This document shows positions 27,480 through 35,779 of a stretch of DNA of 42,022 nucleotides, piece by piece. The position numbers and the translations under genes are program-made. Under the pieces are notes generated by a model. It ran no database searches. It had not been told where the DNA came from and saw nothing but the letters and a program-made list of their open reading frames with translations. Where the stretch lies: assembly GCA_020348985.1 (NCBI GenBank), contig CP070761.1:2739387-2781408 (forward strand), read 5' to 3'. Position 1 is the first letter of the stretch. Each line of letters starts with the position of its first letter. Source of the DNA: Candidatus Thorarchaeota archaeon. GTDB taxonomy: Archaea; Asgardarchaeota; Thorarchaeia; Thorarchaeales; Thorarchaeaceae.

Positions 27480-27587
27480 GGGTCGGTGGTCTAGCTTGGT
27501 ATGATTCTTGGTTCGGATCCAAGGGATCGCGAGTTCGAAAACTGACGTGCTTCGGCACCTATGTCGGAACTCTCGTCCGGCCCACCA
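27480..27587 (+). tRNA. tRNA-Pro(CGG) with encoded CCA and a 31-nt intron at position 59/60 (27540-27570)
   Basis: Acceptor GGGTCGG/CCGGCCC, A73, CCA; D arm GTCT..TGAT; anticodon arm CTTGG-TTCGGAT-CCAAG; T stem GCGAG/CTCGT. The T loop TTCGAA|T is interrupted by a BHB-bounded intron. Confidence 0.92.
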
Positions 27588-27674
27588 TTTCTTGCATTCA
27601 CTGTTAGTAGTGCATTGGATTGACTAGCTGAGAGTTCATATTGGGACAATGTGCAATCCTAGAACGAGAAACCC

Positions 27675-28250
27675 GTGTTTTCGCGTGTTATGCTGCCGTT
27701 TGTGCTTCTGGGAATCTGTGTAGGCTTAACACTGACATCAGGCTATGTTCTACATAGTGGGCAATCAATACAAGTCTCTCCTGTTTGGATATCTGAAGTG
27801 GACCTAGTACCAATCAACAATGAAACTGACTTCTTTCTAGATATTTACTATGGGTTTCAGTTTGAGGGAGATGAGAGAATCACATCAGAGACACTTTACC
27901 TGTCCCTAGACAACAACTCCTTTGTCTCTACGGTGCACCGTGATGTTAACCCCGATTTGATGTCTGCTAATGGAACTAGTGGATTCTTCTTCTCTAACGC
28001 GGCCGGAGATCCCTTGCCTTTTGATGTGGAGAAAGGTCAAACACTATTTGGCTATGTTGAGGTCACAACAACTGAATCATCGTATCGAACTGAAATCTTT
28101 GCGGAAGAGATTCCTGTCACGGTAATTCGACCCTTTCTGTTTCGAATCCCCAGCGCTGTAATCCTCGTGGGAGGAATCGCTCTCTCGGTATTGCCGATTA
28201 CTGTGATTTTGTATCTGTGTATCAGGCAGAGAGAGAATCGCCAAGTCTAA
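27675..28250 (+). CDS. Hypothetical membrane-anchored surface protein
   Basis: N-terminal hydrophobic signal or anchor, beta-rich acidic ectodomain with sequons NET, NNS and NGT, and a C-terminal TM helix with basic tail. Confidence 0.7.
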   Translation: MFSRVMLPFVLLGICVGLTLTSGYVLHSGQSIQVSPVWISEVDLVPINNETDFFLDIYYGFQFEGDERITSETLYLSLDNNSFVSTVHRDVNPDLMSANGTSGFFFSNAAGDPLPFDVEKGQTLFGYVEVTTTESSYRTEIFAEEIPVTVIRPFLFRIPSAVILVGGIALSVLPITVILYLCIRQRENRQV

Positions 28251-28707
28251 TGTGATGAAGGATTACTGCTGCGGTTCCAGCTGGTCCGATATCGATTTCC
28301 GAATCGAGACTCTTGCATTCGCCTAAGTCCATCTCCTTCCTTGAGAATGAGCTGGTACTTCCAGTCAGCACAATGACCAGCTTATCACCGGAAGTGGCTC
28401 TCTGCCGAATTTCCTCCATAATTATACGATTCTTAGATAGCTTGGGAGAAACGATCAGAAGTGGTTTGTCAATGTTCAAGATTTCAATCACATCTTGGAG
28501 GTCTGGGAGAACCATGAAGTTGCGTTTCATCTTCATTGAGAAACGGTTTGCTTCGGGAACTCCAGCATGTGCTGCTGAGCCTTCTGCTCTAGAAACAACG
28601 AAGTTTTGGAACCCAAGACCATAGACCACTTGAGCGGTTTCAATGACCTTGGATACAGCATGTACATTGTGTAGTACAACATAGACGTTCTTCTTGAATT
28701 CACTCAA
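28222..28707 (-). CDS. SPOUT-superfamily putative RNA methyltransferase (COG4080/DUF2122, often mis-called RecB-family nuclease)
   Basis: YVVLHN, VVSRAEGSAA.AGVPEA, VLPDL.D.IE, GSTSSFSRKE, IGPAG. Confidence 0.75.
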   Translation of the reverse strand: MSEFKKNVYVVLHNVHAVSKVIETAQVVYGLGFQNFVVSRAEGSAAHAGVPEANRFSMKMKRNFMVLPDLQDVIEILNIDKPLLIVSPKLSKNRIIMEEIRQRATSGDKLVIVLTGSTSSFSRKEMDLGECKSLDSEIDIGPAGTAAVILHHIRLGDSLSA

Positions 28708-29665
28708 TCTGTGTCAAAGCCTCCTTTGCGATAAGCTCGGAAATCAGAGGTGGGACACTCTCGCCAACTTGATCATACTGACTATCGATGGGCCCAGTGA
28801 ATATGAAGTTGTCTGGATATGACATGAGCCGAGCATGTTCCCGAACAGTAAGCAGCCTATCTTCAATTGGATGAATGTACCTTCCTAGACCGATTATTGA
28901 AGTTGCAACTTGGTCCGGAAACAGGCGAACCCAATTCGGAAGAACTCTCTCCTTTGAACCACGGAAGTGCTTTGCTCCTTGGCCCCATTGCGTCTTCCGA
29001 ATCAGTTTCATTTTCTCTTCTGTGAGAGGATGAATCTCGTGATTTGGCACATTGTCATGGTCTTCTAGGAGTGCCCCCAATCCTAATGGTGGTAAGTCAC
29101 CTATTGCTTCCATGACATGAGGTGCTCTCTTGCGGCGAAGGACGTACTTCCGGTTGCTGATGAATACCCTGAGTCGTTTTGATGGGTTTCCATGATGATG
29201 TGCGTGAACCATGTTGAAATGCACATCTTCAATCCCAACTCGTTCGAATTCTGCCTTGACAATCCCACGACCTCCTGAGTGCAGAAGGGCTGCAACATTC
29301 TCGACAATGAAAACCTTAGGTGACAGATCTCCTATGAGTCGGATTGTATCAAGCAGCAGGCGGGCAGAACCATCGCCGTAGATTCTCTCGGCAGCAGGAC
29401 GGTCACTTTCTGGGTTTGCTTTGCTAAATTCCTCACAAGGCGGAGATGCGATTATGATGTCAGGATAGCCTCCTAGTTCGCCGACAATAGTAGACGAGTG
29501 CATTCTTCCTATGTCCACTTGTAGTAGTGTGGCATTCGGATAATTCATTGTGAAGGTAGATGCGGCAGAAGGGTCTGTATCCACCCCCAATTGATCAGAA
29601 TTGGAATCAGTCTTGAATCCGAACGAGAAACCTCCTGCGCCACAGAATAGATCCAGTATCTTCAT
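28700..29665 (-). CDS. C5-cytosine methyltransferase (Dcm/Dnmt2 fold), orphan
   Basis: Motif I LDLFCGAGG, IV SPPCEEFS, VI IVENV, VIII SKRLRVF, IX RLLTVREHARLMSYPD, X QVGESVPP. Confidence 0.9.
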   Translation of the reverse strand: MKILDLFCGAGGFSFGFKTDSNSDQLGVDTDPSAASTFTMNYPNATLLQVDIGRMHSSTIVGELGGYPDIIIASPPCEEFSKANPESDRPAAERIYGDGSARLLLDTIRLIGDLSPKVFIVENVAALLHSGGRGIVKAEFERVGIEDVHFNMVHAHHHGNPSKRLRVFISNRKYVLRRKRAPHVMEAIGDLPPLGLGALLEDHDNVPNHEIHPLTEEKMKLIRKTQWGQGAKHFRGSKERVLPNWVRLFPDQVATSIIGLGRYIHPIEDRLLTVREHARLMSYPDNFIFTGPIDSQYDQVGESVPPLISELIAKEALTQIE

Positions 29666-29711
29666 ACATATCGTTCCAGTTTGATATCTTGTTCACAATA
29701 CATCTTACATT

Positions 29712-29737
29712 GGTCTATGACATCAATGTTATGGACC
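29712..29737. promoter_or_regulatory. 26-bp imperfect palindrome between the divergent MTase and mvk genes
   Basis: GGTCTATGACAT-CA-ATGTTATGGACC. Confidence 0.4.
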
Positions 29738-29833
29738 TTGACAATATCTCTGGATTTGAAGAATGTCGAAAGAGAGACTTCAAAAGCATGGAAAAACATC
29801 GACCGCCCCAAACCTAAGGCCGTGTGTGAAATC

Positions 29834-30772
29834 ATGGGTGTTGGCTCTGGAAAAGGAAAATCAATTCTCTTTGGTGAACATTTCGTGGTCTATGGTATTC
29901 CTTCAATTGCAGCCGGAATATCATCTGAAACAGTTGCCAAGGTTACTCGAACAGAACAGCCGGGATGGACTCTGGATGACAGAAGACCAGCGGTGTCGGG
30001 GTATAAAGAGAAGAAACTAGAGGAGCAGAAAGGTTCGATAGAAAACATTCTGAGTTTCTGTGGTGTTGACATATCCAAGCGAGGTATCCATATTGAACTG
30101 GAAGGTGATTTAGTGTGCGCTTCCGGAATAGGTGCGAGTGCTGCAAGCTGTGTGGCGCTAGCTCGTTCACTGAATGAAGAGTTCTCGTTAGGCTTTGATG
30201 ATAGCAAGATAAACGAAGCAGCGTATCAGGGAGAGCTTGGCTACCATGGAACACCATCCGGCATTGATAATACTGCTTCAACCTATGGAGGACTAATTTG
30301 GTATGTTAGAGACCTTGAAGGAGGGTCACCCACGTTTGAAATGCTCAAGCTCAGCGATGAGGCACATTTGGTGATTGCATCTACAGGAATCACGGCAAGC
30401 ACAAAGGATGTTGTGGGGGACGTTAGAAAGAAGAAGGAAGAAGATCCATCCTGGTTCGATTCAATCGCTGATAAGTACACCAGACTGGTATACAGGGCAA
30501 GGGATGCGTTCTTTCAGTTCGATTTGAGAGAAGTGGGGCTGTTGATGAACGAGAACCATCAGATGCTACGAGAATTGACAGTCTCATGTGAGGAGCTAGA
30601 TAATTTGGTGGAGATTGCAAGACGGAGTGGGGCACTAGGTGCAAAGATGACCGGCACAGGGAGAGGAGGCAATCAGCTGTCGCTCGCTGCAGACTTACGA
30701 ACGGCTGAAAAGATAGCAGAAGCCCTTGCAGAAGAAGCATCGGGCGTTTGGATTACAACATTCGGGCGTTAG
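29834..30772 (+). CDS. mvk: Mevalonate kinase
   Basis: GKSILFGEHFVVYG, ASGIGASAA, HGTPSGIDN, GALGAKMTGTGRGG. Start placed at ATG 29834. Confidence 0.93.
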   Translation: MGVGSGKGKSILFGEHFVVYGIPSIAAGISSETVAKVTRTEQPGWTLDDRRPAVSGYKEKKLEEQKGSIENILSFCGVDISKRGIHIELEGDLVCASGIGASAASCVALARSLNEEFSLGFDDSKINEAAYQGELGYHGTPSGIDNTASTYGGLIWYVRDLEGGSPTFEMLKLSDEAHLVIASTGITASTKDVVGDVRKKKEEDPSWFDSIADKYTRLVYRARDAFFQFDLREVGLLMNENHQMLRELTVSCEELDNLVEIARRSGALGAKMTGTGRGGNQLSLAADLRTAEKIAEALAEEASGVWITTFGR

Positions 30773-30786
30773 CGGGGTTGTGAAGA

Positions 30787-32097
30787 ATGATTTTAGAAGA
30801 ATACATCAAGATACTCGCGCAAGAAGACAAACTCGTAACGGTCAAGAAAGGGATTTCGAAGAACCTGGATATCGCAGGGGTCTTGAAGTCAATTGAACCT
30901 CAGCCAGCACTCTTTGAGAATCTGATTGACAGTGATTTTCGTGTCGCTGGAAACCTCTTTTGCACAAAGGCACAGATAGCCGACTATTTTGGAATCGCTG
31001 TTGAAGACATAATTCCCACTCTGACTAGAGCTATAGAGAATCGTAGCTCACCTGACGTGGTGGATGAGGCCCCTTGTCAGGAGGTAATACGTGAAGAGGT
31101 GGACCTTGATACACTACCTATATTGATTCACAACAAGGTAGACGGCGGTCCGTACATCTCTTCTGGCGTTGTTGTAACATCTGATCCGGAGTTCGGACAG
31201 AATCTGGATTTCCACAGGGCCATGCAGATAGGAAAGGACCGAATGGTCATTCGTGTGGTTAAGGGACGTGATTTCCACAAATTCCTTGAGAGAAATAGTG
31301 AGATAGATGTAGCATTCTGCATCGGAAACACGCCTGAGGTTCTGATTGCAGCCGCGACCAGCGTAGAGACAGGGATTGACGAACTTGAGATTGCAAATGC
31401 TTTGCGAAGTATCAGAGTGACCAAGGCAAAGACGGTAGACCTGCTGATACCTGCTGACTGTGAATTCGTTCTTGAAGGGAGAGTGGTCTTACAGGAAAAA
31501 CATGACGAAGGACCATTCATTGACTTAACAGAAACTGTGGATGTAATCAGACAAGAACCAACATTTCAAGTTAGAAAGATTACTCATCGAAAGAATGCTA
31601 TTTGGCAAGCACTTCTGCCAGGTCGGGCAGAACACAAAATCCTGATGGGGATGCCCAGGGAGCCCACCGTGTACAAATCAATTAAGGATGCAGGAATAGA
31701 TGTGCTCGACGTGAACATAACACCAGGCGGGGCAAGCTGGCTTCATGTTGCAGTGAAAGTGAGAAAGAAGCATGAAGATGAAGGGCTCAAAGCAATTGAG
31801 GCGGCTTTCGCAGGACACCGCAGCGCAAAGCACGTTTGGGTATACGATGAAGACATCGACATCTACAACGAAGAAGAGCGGGAGTGGGCCATGGCAACCC
31901 GATTTCAGGCAGACATTGACTTGCTAATCAAGGACAAGGAACCTGGGAGTTCTCTGGATCCCAGTGCCGAATCTGGAACTAAGATGACAACCAAATGCGG
32001 TTTTGACTGCACCAAAATCCTGGACGCCAAAGGGAAGAGCTACGAGAAAGCCGAATTTCCCAAAGTCGACCTACAAGACTTCTTGGGTGATTATTAA
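30787..32097 (+). CDS. UbiD-family decarboxylase, probable anhydromevalonate phosphate decarboxylase
   Basis: DGGPYISSG, NLDFHR, EFVLEG, EGPF, SSLDPS; lies between mvk and the aconitase X genes. Confidence 0.88.
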   Translation: MILEEYIKILAQEDKLVTVKKGISKNLDIAGVLKSIEPQPALFENLIDSDFRVAGNLFCTKAQIADYFGIAVEDIIPTLTRAIENRSSPDVVDEAPCQEVIREEVDLDTLPILIHNKVDGGPYISSGVVVTSDPEFGQNLDFHRAMQIGKDRMVIRVVKGRDFHKFLERNSEIDVAFCIGNTPEVLIAAATSVETGIDELEIANALRSIRVTKAKTVDLLIPADCEFVLEGRVVLQEKHDEGPFIDLTETVDVIRQEPTFQVRKITHRKNAIWQALLPGRAEHKILMGMPREPTVYKSIKDAGIDVLDVNITPGGASWLHVAVKVRKKHEDEGLKAIEAAFAGHRSAKHVWVYDEDIDIYNEEEREWAMATRFQADIDLLIKDKEPGSSLDPSAESGTKMTTKCGFDCTKILDAKGKSYEKAEFPKVDLQDFLGDY

Positions 32098-33284
32098 TGA
32101 GAGTGGTTCTAACTAGCGAAGACAAAGCCATGCTTGATGGCAAATACGGAAAGGCCACAAAGAAAGCCATGGAAATCATCGTCACGCTTGGAGAAATCTA
32201 CGGAGCAGAGAGACTGATTCCAGTATCAAGCGTTCAGATTGCCGGAGTCTCATATCACAATCTGGGAGAAGCTGGTCTTGAATACCTCTTAGAAATGGCT
32301 GAAGATGGACAAACAAGAGTTCTGACAACTTTGAATCCTGCTGGGATGGATATGGATGAATGGAAAAAGCATGGAATCAGTGAAGAATTTGCTGTCAATC
32401 AACAACGAGTTGTAGATGCATTCGCTCAAATGGGAGTTGTGACAACTTGTACATGCACGCCATATCTGATCGGCAACCTGCCACACTACGGCGAACATAT
32501 TGCTTGGGCTGAGTCTTCAGCTGTCTGTTTTGCAAACTCAGTTATTGGAGCACTTACAAACAGAGAAGGAGGACCTAGTGCGTTGGCTTCTGCCCTTACA
32601 GGCAAGACTGCTGAATATGGACTTCATCTTCAGAAGAATAGGGAAGCTGAAGTCCATTATGAGATTCGAGCTCCTCTTCATTCCACTGATGGTTTCGGAC
32701 TTCTGGGACAGATCATTGGTGAAAGAACTGGTAAAGCGATTCCCCTAATATCTGGGATTCAGACTGCAACGACTGAGCAATTGAAATCGTTCTGTGCATC
32801 CGTTGCAACCTATGGAGGAGTGCCCCTGTTTCATATGGAAGGAATAACACCCAACAGAACTACAGAACCTGAAAGGAAGGAGGTTGTCACTGAAGACAAC
32901 TTGATTGCAGCCCGCAAAGCACTGGACGATGAGGATGCAGAGATTGACTTCATCAGTATTGGATGTCCACACGCCAGCATAAAGGAGATTGCAAAAGTAG
33001 CAGAGCTACTGAAAGGCAAGAAAGTCGCTGAGGGAAAGACTGTCTGGATAACAACAGCTAGACCGACAAAGGACCTGGCCATCAAGATGGGATACTATGA
33101 TGTGATTGAGGAGTCCGGAGCGTTTCTGGTGAGTGATGCTTGCTGCGCCGTAGCTCCTCTCAAGGGTCGTTTCAAGGGACTAATGACTGATTCGGCGAAA
33201 GCATGCTTCTATGCTCGTGGGAAGAACAAATTCAGAACTGAGATACGAACTCTGGATGAATGTATTGAGAAGGCGATTGCATGA
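32097..33284 (+). CDS. Aconitase X catalytic subunit (DUF521), probable phosphomevalonate dehydratase large subunit
   Basis: AGVSYHNLG, TTLNP, TCTCTPY, AWAESSA, TNREGG, IGCPHAS, DACC, TDSAKA. Confidence 0.92.
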   Translation: MRVVLTSEDKAMLDGKYGKATKKAMEIIVTLGEIYGAERLIPVSSVQIAGVSYHNLGEAGLEYLLEMAEDGQTRVLTTLNPAGMDMDEWKKHGISEEFAVNQQRVVDAFAQMGVVTTCTCTPYLIGNLPHYGEHIAWAESSAVCFANSVIGALTNREGGPSALASALTGKTAEYGLHLQKNREAEVHYEIRAPLHSTDGFGLLGQIIGERTGKAIPLISGIQTATTEQLKSFCASVATYGGVPLFHMEGITPNRTTEPERKEVVTEDNLIAARKALDDEDAEIDFISIGCPHASIKEIAKVAELLKGKKVAEGKTVWITTARPTKDLAIKMGYYDVIEESGAFLVSDACCAVAPLKGRFKGLMTDSAKACFYARGKNKFRTEIRTLDECIEKAIA

Positions 33285-33673
33285 CTGAAATGAAAGGCAG
33301 AAAGATATTCGGAGGAAAGGCGGCGGGACAAGCACTAGTCACAAAACAAGACATCTCATTCTATGGCGGTTGTGACCCGGAAACGGGTGAGATTGTAGAA
33401 AAGGGACATGAGCTTGAGGGACAGTCGGTATCAGGGAAGATTCTGGTCTTTCCAACTGGAAAAGGTTCTACAGTTGGATCCTATGTACTCTATGCACTAA
33501 AGAAAGCGGGCAAGGCTCCCCTGGGAATAATCAACACTTCCACGGACCCAGTTGTAGCTGTTGGATGTATAATATCTGAAATTCCAGCTATTGACCAAAT
33601 TGAGATTGAGAACATAAGTAGTGGTCAAAAGCTGAAAATCGACGCCGATAATGGCGTCGTTTCTATTGTGTAA
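33281..33673 (+). CDS. Aconitase X swivel subunit (DUF126), probable phosphomevalonate dehydratase small subunit
   Basis: ISFYGGCDPETG, HELEGQSVSGKILVFPTGKGSTVGS; ATGA overlap with the large subunit. Confidence 0.92.
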   Translation: MTEMKGRKIFGGKAAGQALVTKQDISFYGGCDPETGEIVEKGHELEGQSVSGKILVFPTGKGSTVGSYVLYALKKAGKAPLGIINTSTDPVVAVGCIISEIPAIDQIEIENISSGQKLKIDADNGVVSIV

Positions 33674-33675
33674 AT

Positions 33676-34314
33676 CTAGAATCTTTGGAGCTGTGGTTCG
33701 AAGTCCTGCTCGGTGAATGCAGCCTCGTCATCAGGTCCAATTAGGCCCTTCTCTCGTAAGACCTCTCTTGCAAGAAGGAAGTAGACTAGAGCCAATGCTT
33801 TGCGCCCACGGTTGTTGGAGGGAATGCAGAGGTCTATGTTTGTCGTGACATTGTCAGTATCACAGAGTGCAATGACAGGCACTCCTATCTTTGCTGCTTC
33901 GGAGAGAGCCTGGGCGTCCGTGCGTGGATCTGTGAGAATCACAAGGTCAGGTTCAACATACGTACGAGGACCAGAAATGTTCGGATTGGTAAGCGTGCCC
34001 GGCACGAACCTCTCTGTGAAGGCATTACCACCTATGAAGTTGGCAAACGACTCAACAGGACGCTTCCCATAGACTCTGCCCGATACGATAACGATTCGTT
34101 CGGGGTCGAACCGGGATATCATCTTCGCAGCGACTCTGATTCTCTCATCGGTCTTCCTGACATCCAATACATAGAGACCGATGGGTCTCTGTCTGTACAC
34201 AAATGGCTCCATATCCTGTGTCTTTACTTGAGTCCCAATGTGGCAGCCTGCTGCTAGGTACTTGTCCATAGGAGCAAGAAGGTCAGCCTCAGATATCTCG
34301 CCTTCACTAATCAT
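33676..34314 (-). CDS. rps2: 30S ribosomal protein S2 (uS2)
   Basis: [44 protein letters not shown]. Confidence 0.97.
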   Translation of the reverse strand: MISEGEISEADLLAPMDKYLAAGCHIGTQVKTQDMEPFVYRQRPIGLYVLDVRKTDERIRVAAKMISRFDPERIVIVSGRVYGKRPVESFANFIGGNAFTERFVPGTLTNPNISGPRTYVEPDLVILTDPRTDAQALSEAAKIGVPVIALCDTDNVTTNIDLCIPSNNRGRKALALVYFLLAREVLREKGLIGPDDEAAFTEQDFEPQLQRF

Positions 34315-34529
34315 CGCCTGGCCTCCGGACTATCGGTTGTGGCGAACGCCATGAAACTATCAATGATGTCAATGTGAGAGAGTATCATCCTTCGACAACA
34401 GTAGCGTTTAAGCCCCAATCTATCCAGAATCTCAGCTGGATCTTCATTCTGCTGCAGCTCTCGCTTGAACTGCTCGAACTTGTCTGCAACAACTTTGCCG
34501 CACGTGAAACATCTTACTGGTATTATCAT
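34311..34529 (-). CDS. rpoN: RNA polymerase subunit Rpo10 (RpoN)
   Basis: [12 protein letters not shown]...RYCCRRM. Confidence 0.97.
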   Translation of the reverse strand: MIIPVRCFTCGKVVADKFEQFKRELQQNEDPAEILDRLGLKRYCCRRMILSHIDIIDSFMAFATTDSPEARR

Positions 34530-34541
34530 CCTATTGACACC

Positions 34542-34940
34542 TCACCTGTACGATTTTTGGTATCTTGACCTTGCTGAGGGCCCACCGAACTTCTTTGGTT
34601 CCGTCCTCCGTGGATCTCCTACTAACATGGTTCTATCATGTTCTAGCATCTTTGCGCGAGCCTCAAAGTCCTGACTCATGTTAAAAAGCCCGGTGGCAAT
34701 TGCCATCCTAATTGCATCGGCTTGGCTCATGAAACCTCCCCCACGGACTCTTACTCGAATATCATAATTCTTCCAGTTCTCGCCGAATAGGATTAGGGGT
34801 TCCATTATCCTCATTCGAGCGACTTCTGGTTGGAGTATCTCAAGTGGTTCGCCGTTAATCCTGACTCTACCGGAGCCATTCTTGACTGTGGCTTTCGCCA
34901 AGCTTGTCTTCCTCTTTCCTGTTGAAACAACAACTCTCAT
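34542..34940 (-). CDS. rps9: 30S ribosomal protein S9 (uS9)
   Basis: GKRKT, VRGGGFMSQADA, GDPRRTEPKKFGGPSARSRYQKSYR. Confidence 0.98.
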   Translation of the reverse strand: MRVVVSTGKRKTSLAKATVKNGSGRVRINGEPLEILQPEVARMRIMEPLILFGENWKNYDIRVRVRGGGFMSQADAIRMAIATGLFNMSQDFEARAKMLEHDRTMLVGDPRRTEPKKFGGPSARSRYQKSYR

Positions 34941-34941
34941 A

Positions 34942-35394
34942 TCATGTCACCTCGGGGCTTCTCCAGCCAAGTTCATGACTCAGGTCTGAAATCGTGATAT
35001 GTTTCTGACTAAGACTTTTGTATCTCGATTCCTCCAAGACAATCTTCTCAGTATCAATGAAGTGCTCTGGCACACCAATATACACGCGGATTCGTTTGAA
35101 GGCAGCTTTCCCTCGTGGTGTTGGCCATGGAAGCATGCCACGGATCATTCTTCTGACCATCATGTCGGGCCGTCTGTACCAAAAGGGGCCCTTACGGGGA
35201 TTGTAAGACGTTCTAATCTTGTACTTCTCCTTGAATGAATCGATGATCATTCTTCTGCTGCCTGTGATGATAGCCTTCTCTGAGTTGACTATGGCGACAT
35301 TCTGACCAAGTAAGGCGGCCTTGGCAACCTTCGCTGCTAGTCTTCCAATAACCATGCTCTCTGCATCGTAGACTTTTATCGTTCCTTCGTTCAT
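34942..35394 (-). CDS. rpl13: 50S ribosomal protein L13 (uL13)
   Basis: GRLAAKVAK, VNSEKAIITG, RRMIRGMLP. Start placed at ATG 35394 after the GAGGTGG SD. Confidence 0.96.
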   Translation of the reverse strand: MNEGTIKVYDAESMVIGRLAAKVAKAALLGQNVAIVNSEKAIITGSRRMIIDSFKEKYKIRTSYNPRKGPFWYRRPDMMVRRMIRGMLPWPTPRGKAAFKRIRVYIGVPEHFIDTEKIVLEESRYKSLSQKHITISDLSHELGWRSPEVT

Positions 35395-35405
35395 TGCCTG
35401 CCACC

Positions 35406-35774
35406 TCATGTGATAATGGTGATGCCGTTCCCCTTCGGACTCTTGTTGAGTAATTCATCTATGGATATTAAGGAACCACCGGCATCAACTATGGTAGTTC
35501 TTGCTGTCATTGAAGCATTGAGCGCTGCAACCGTAACATTATGTGATATTGTGCCAGAGCCCAGAACTTTCCCAGGGACTATGACTATGTCGCCGGCATT
35601 GGTATGTCTGGCGATCTTGCCAATGTTTACTGCAGCTCGTTTCCTGGCAGGTCTAGATATGAGCTCAGCAACTCTCTTCCATATTCTGACATTATGCTTT
35701 GTCGAAGTCTTCCTTAGTGCGTTGACTAGAGCGCGTGTATTTGGATCAGTGGATCCAGATCGTACCATTTTCAT
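35406..35774 (-). CDS. rpl18e: 50S ribosomal protein L18e (eL18)
   Basis: IWKRVAE, VNIGKI, VPGKVLGSG. Confidence 0.95.
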   Translation of the reverse strand: MKMVRSGSTDPNTRALVNALRKTSTKHNVRIWKRVAELISRPARKRAAVNIGKIARHTNAGDIVIVPGKVLGSGTISHNVTVAALNASMTARTTIVDAGGSLISIDELLNKSPKGNGITIIT

Positions 35775-35779
35775 TCACC

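Noticed and set aside
27507-27523. Alternative reading of the tRNA as Arg(TCG)
   Set aside because: The only 5-bp stem with a 7-nt loop (CTTGG/CCAAG) centres CGG, and the D arm and A73 fit Pro.
27571-29665. Integrated element or restriction-modification island at the tRNA-Pro 3' end
   Set aside because: No integrase, no duplicated tRNA 3' end (att) noticed, and no restriction endonuclease; the MTase partner is a SPOUT-family protein.
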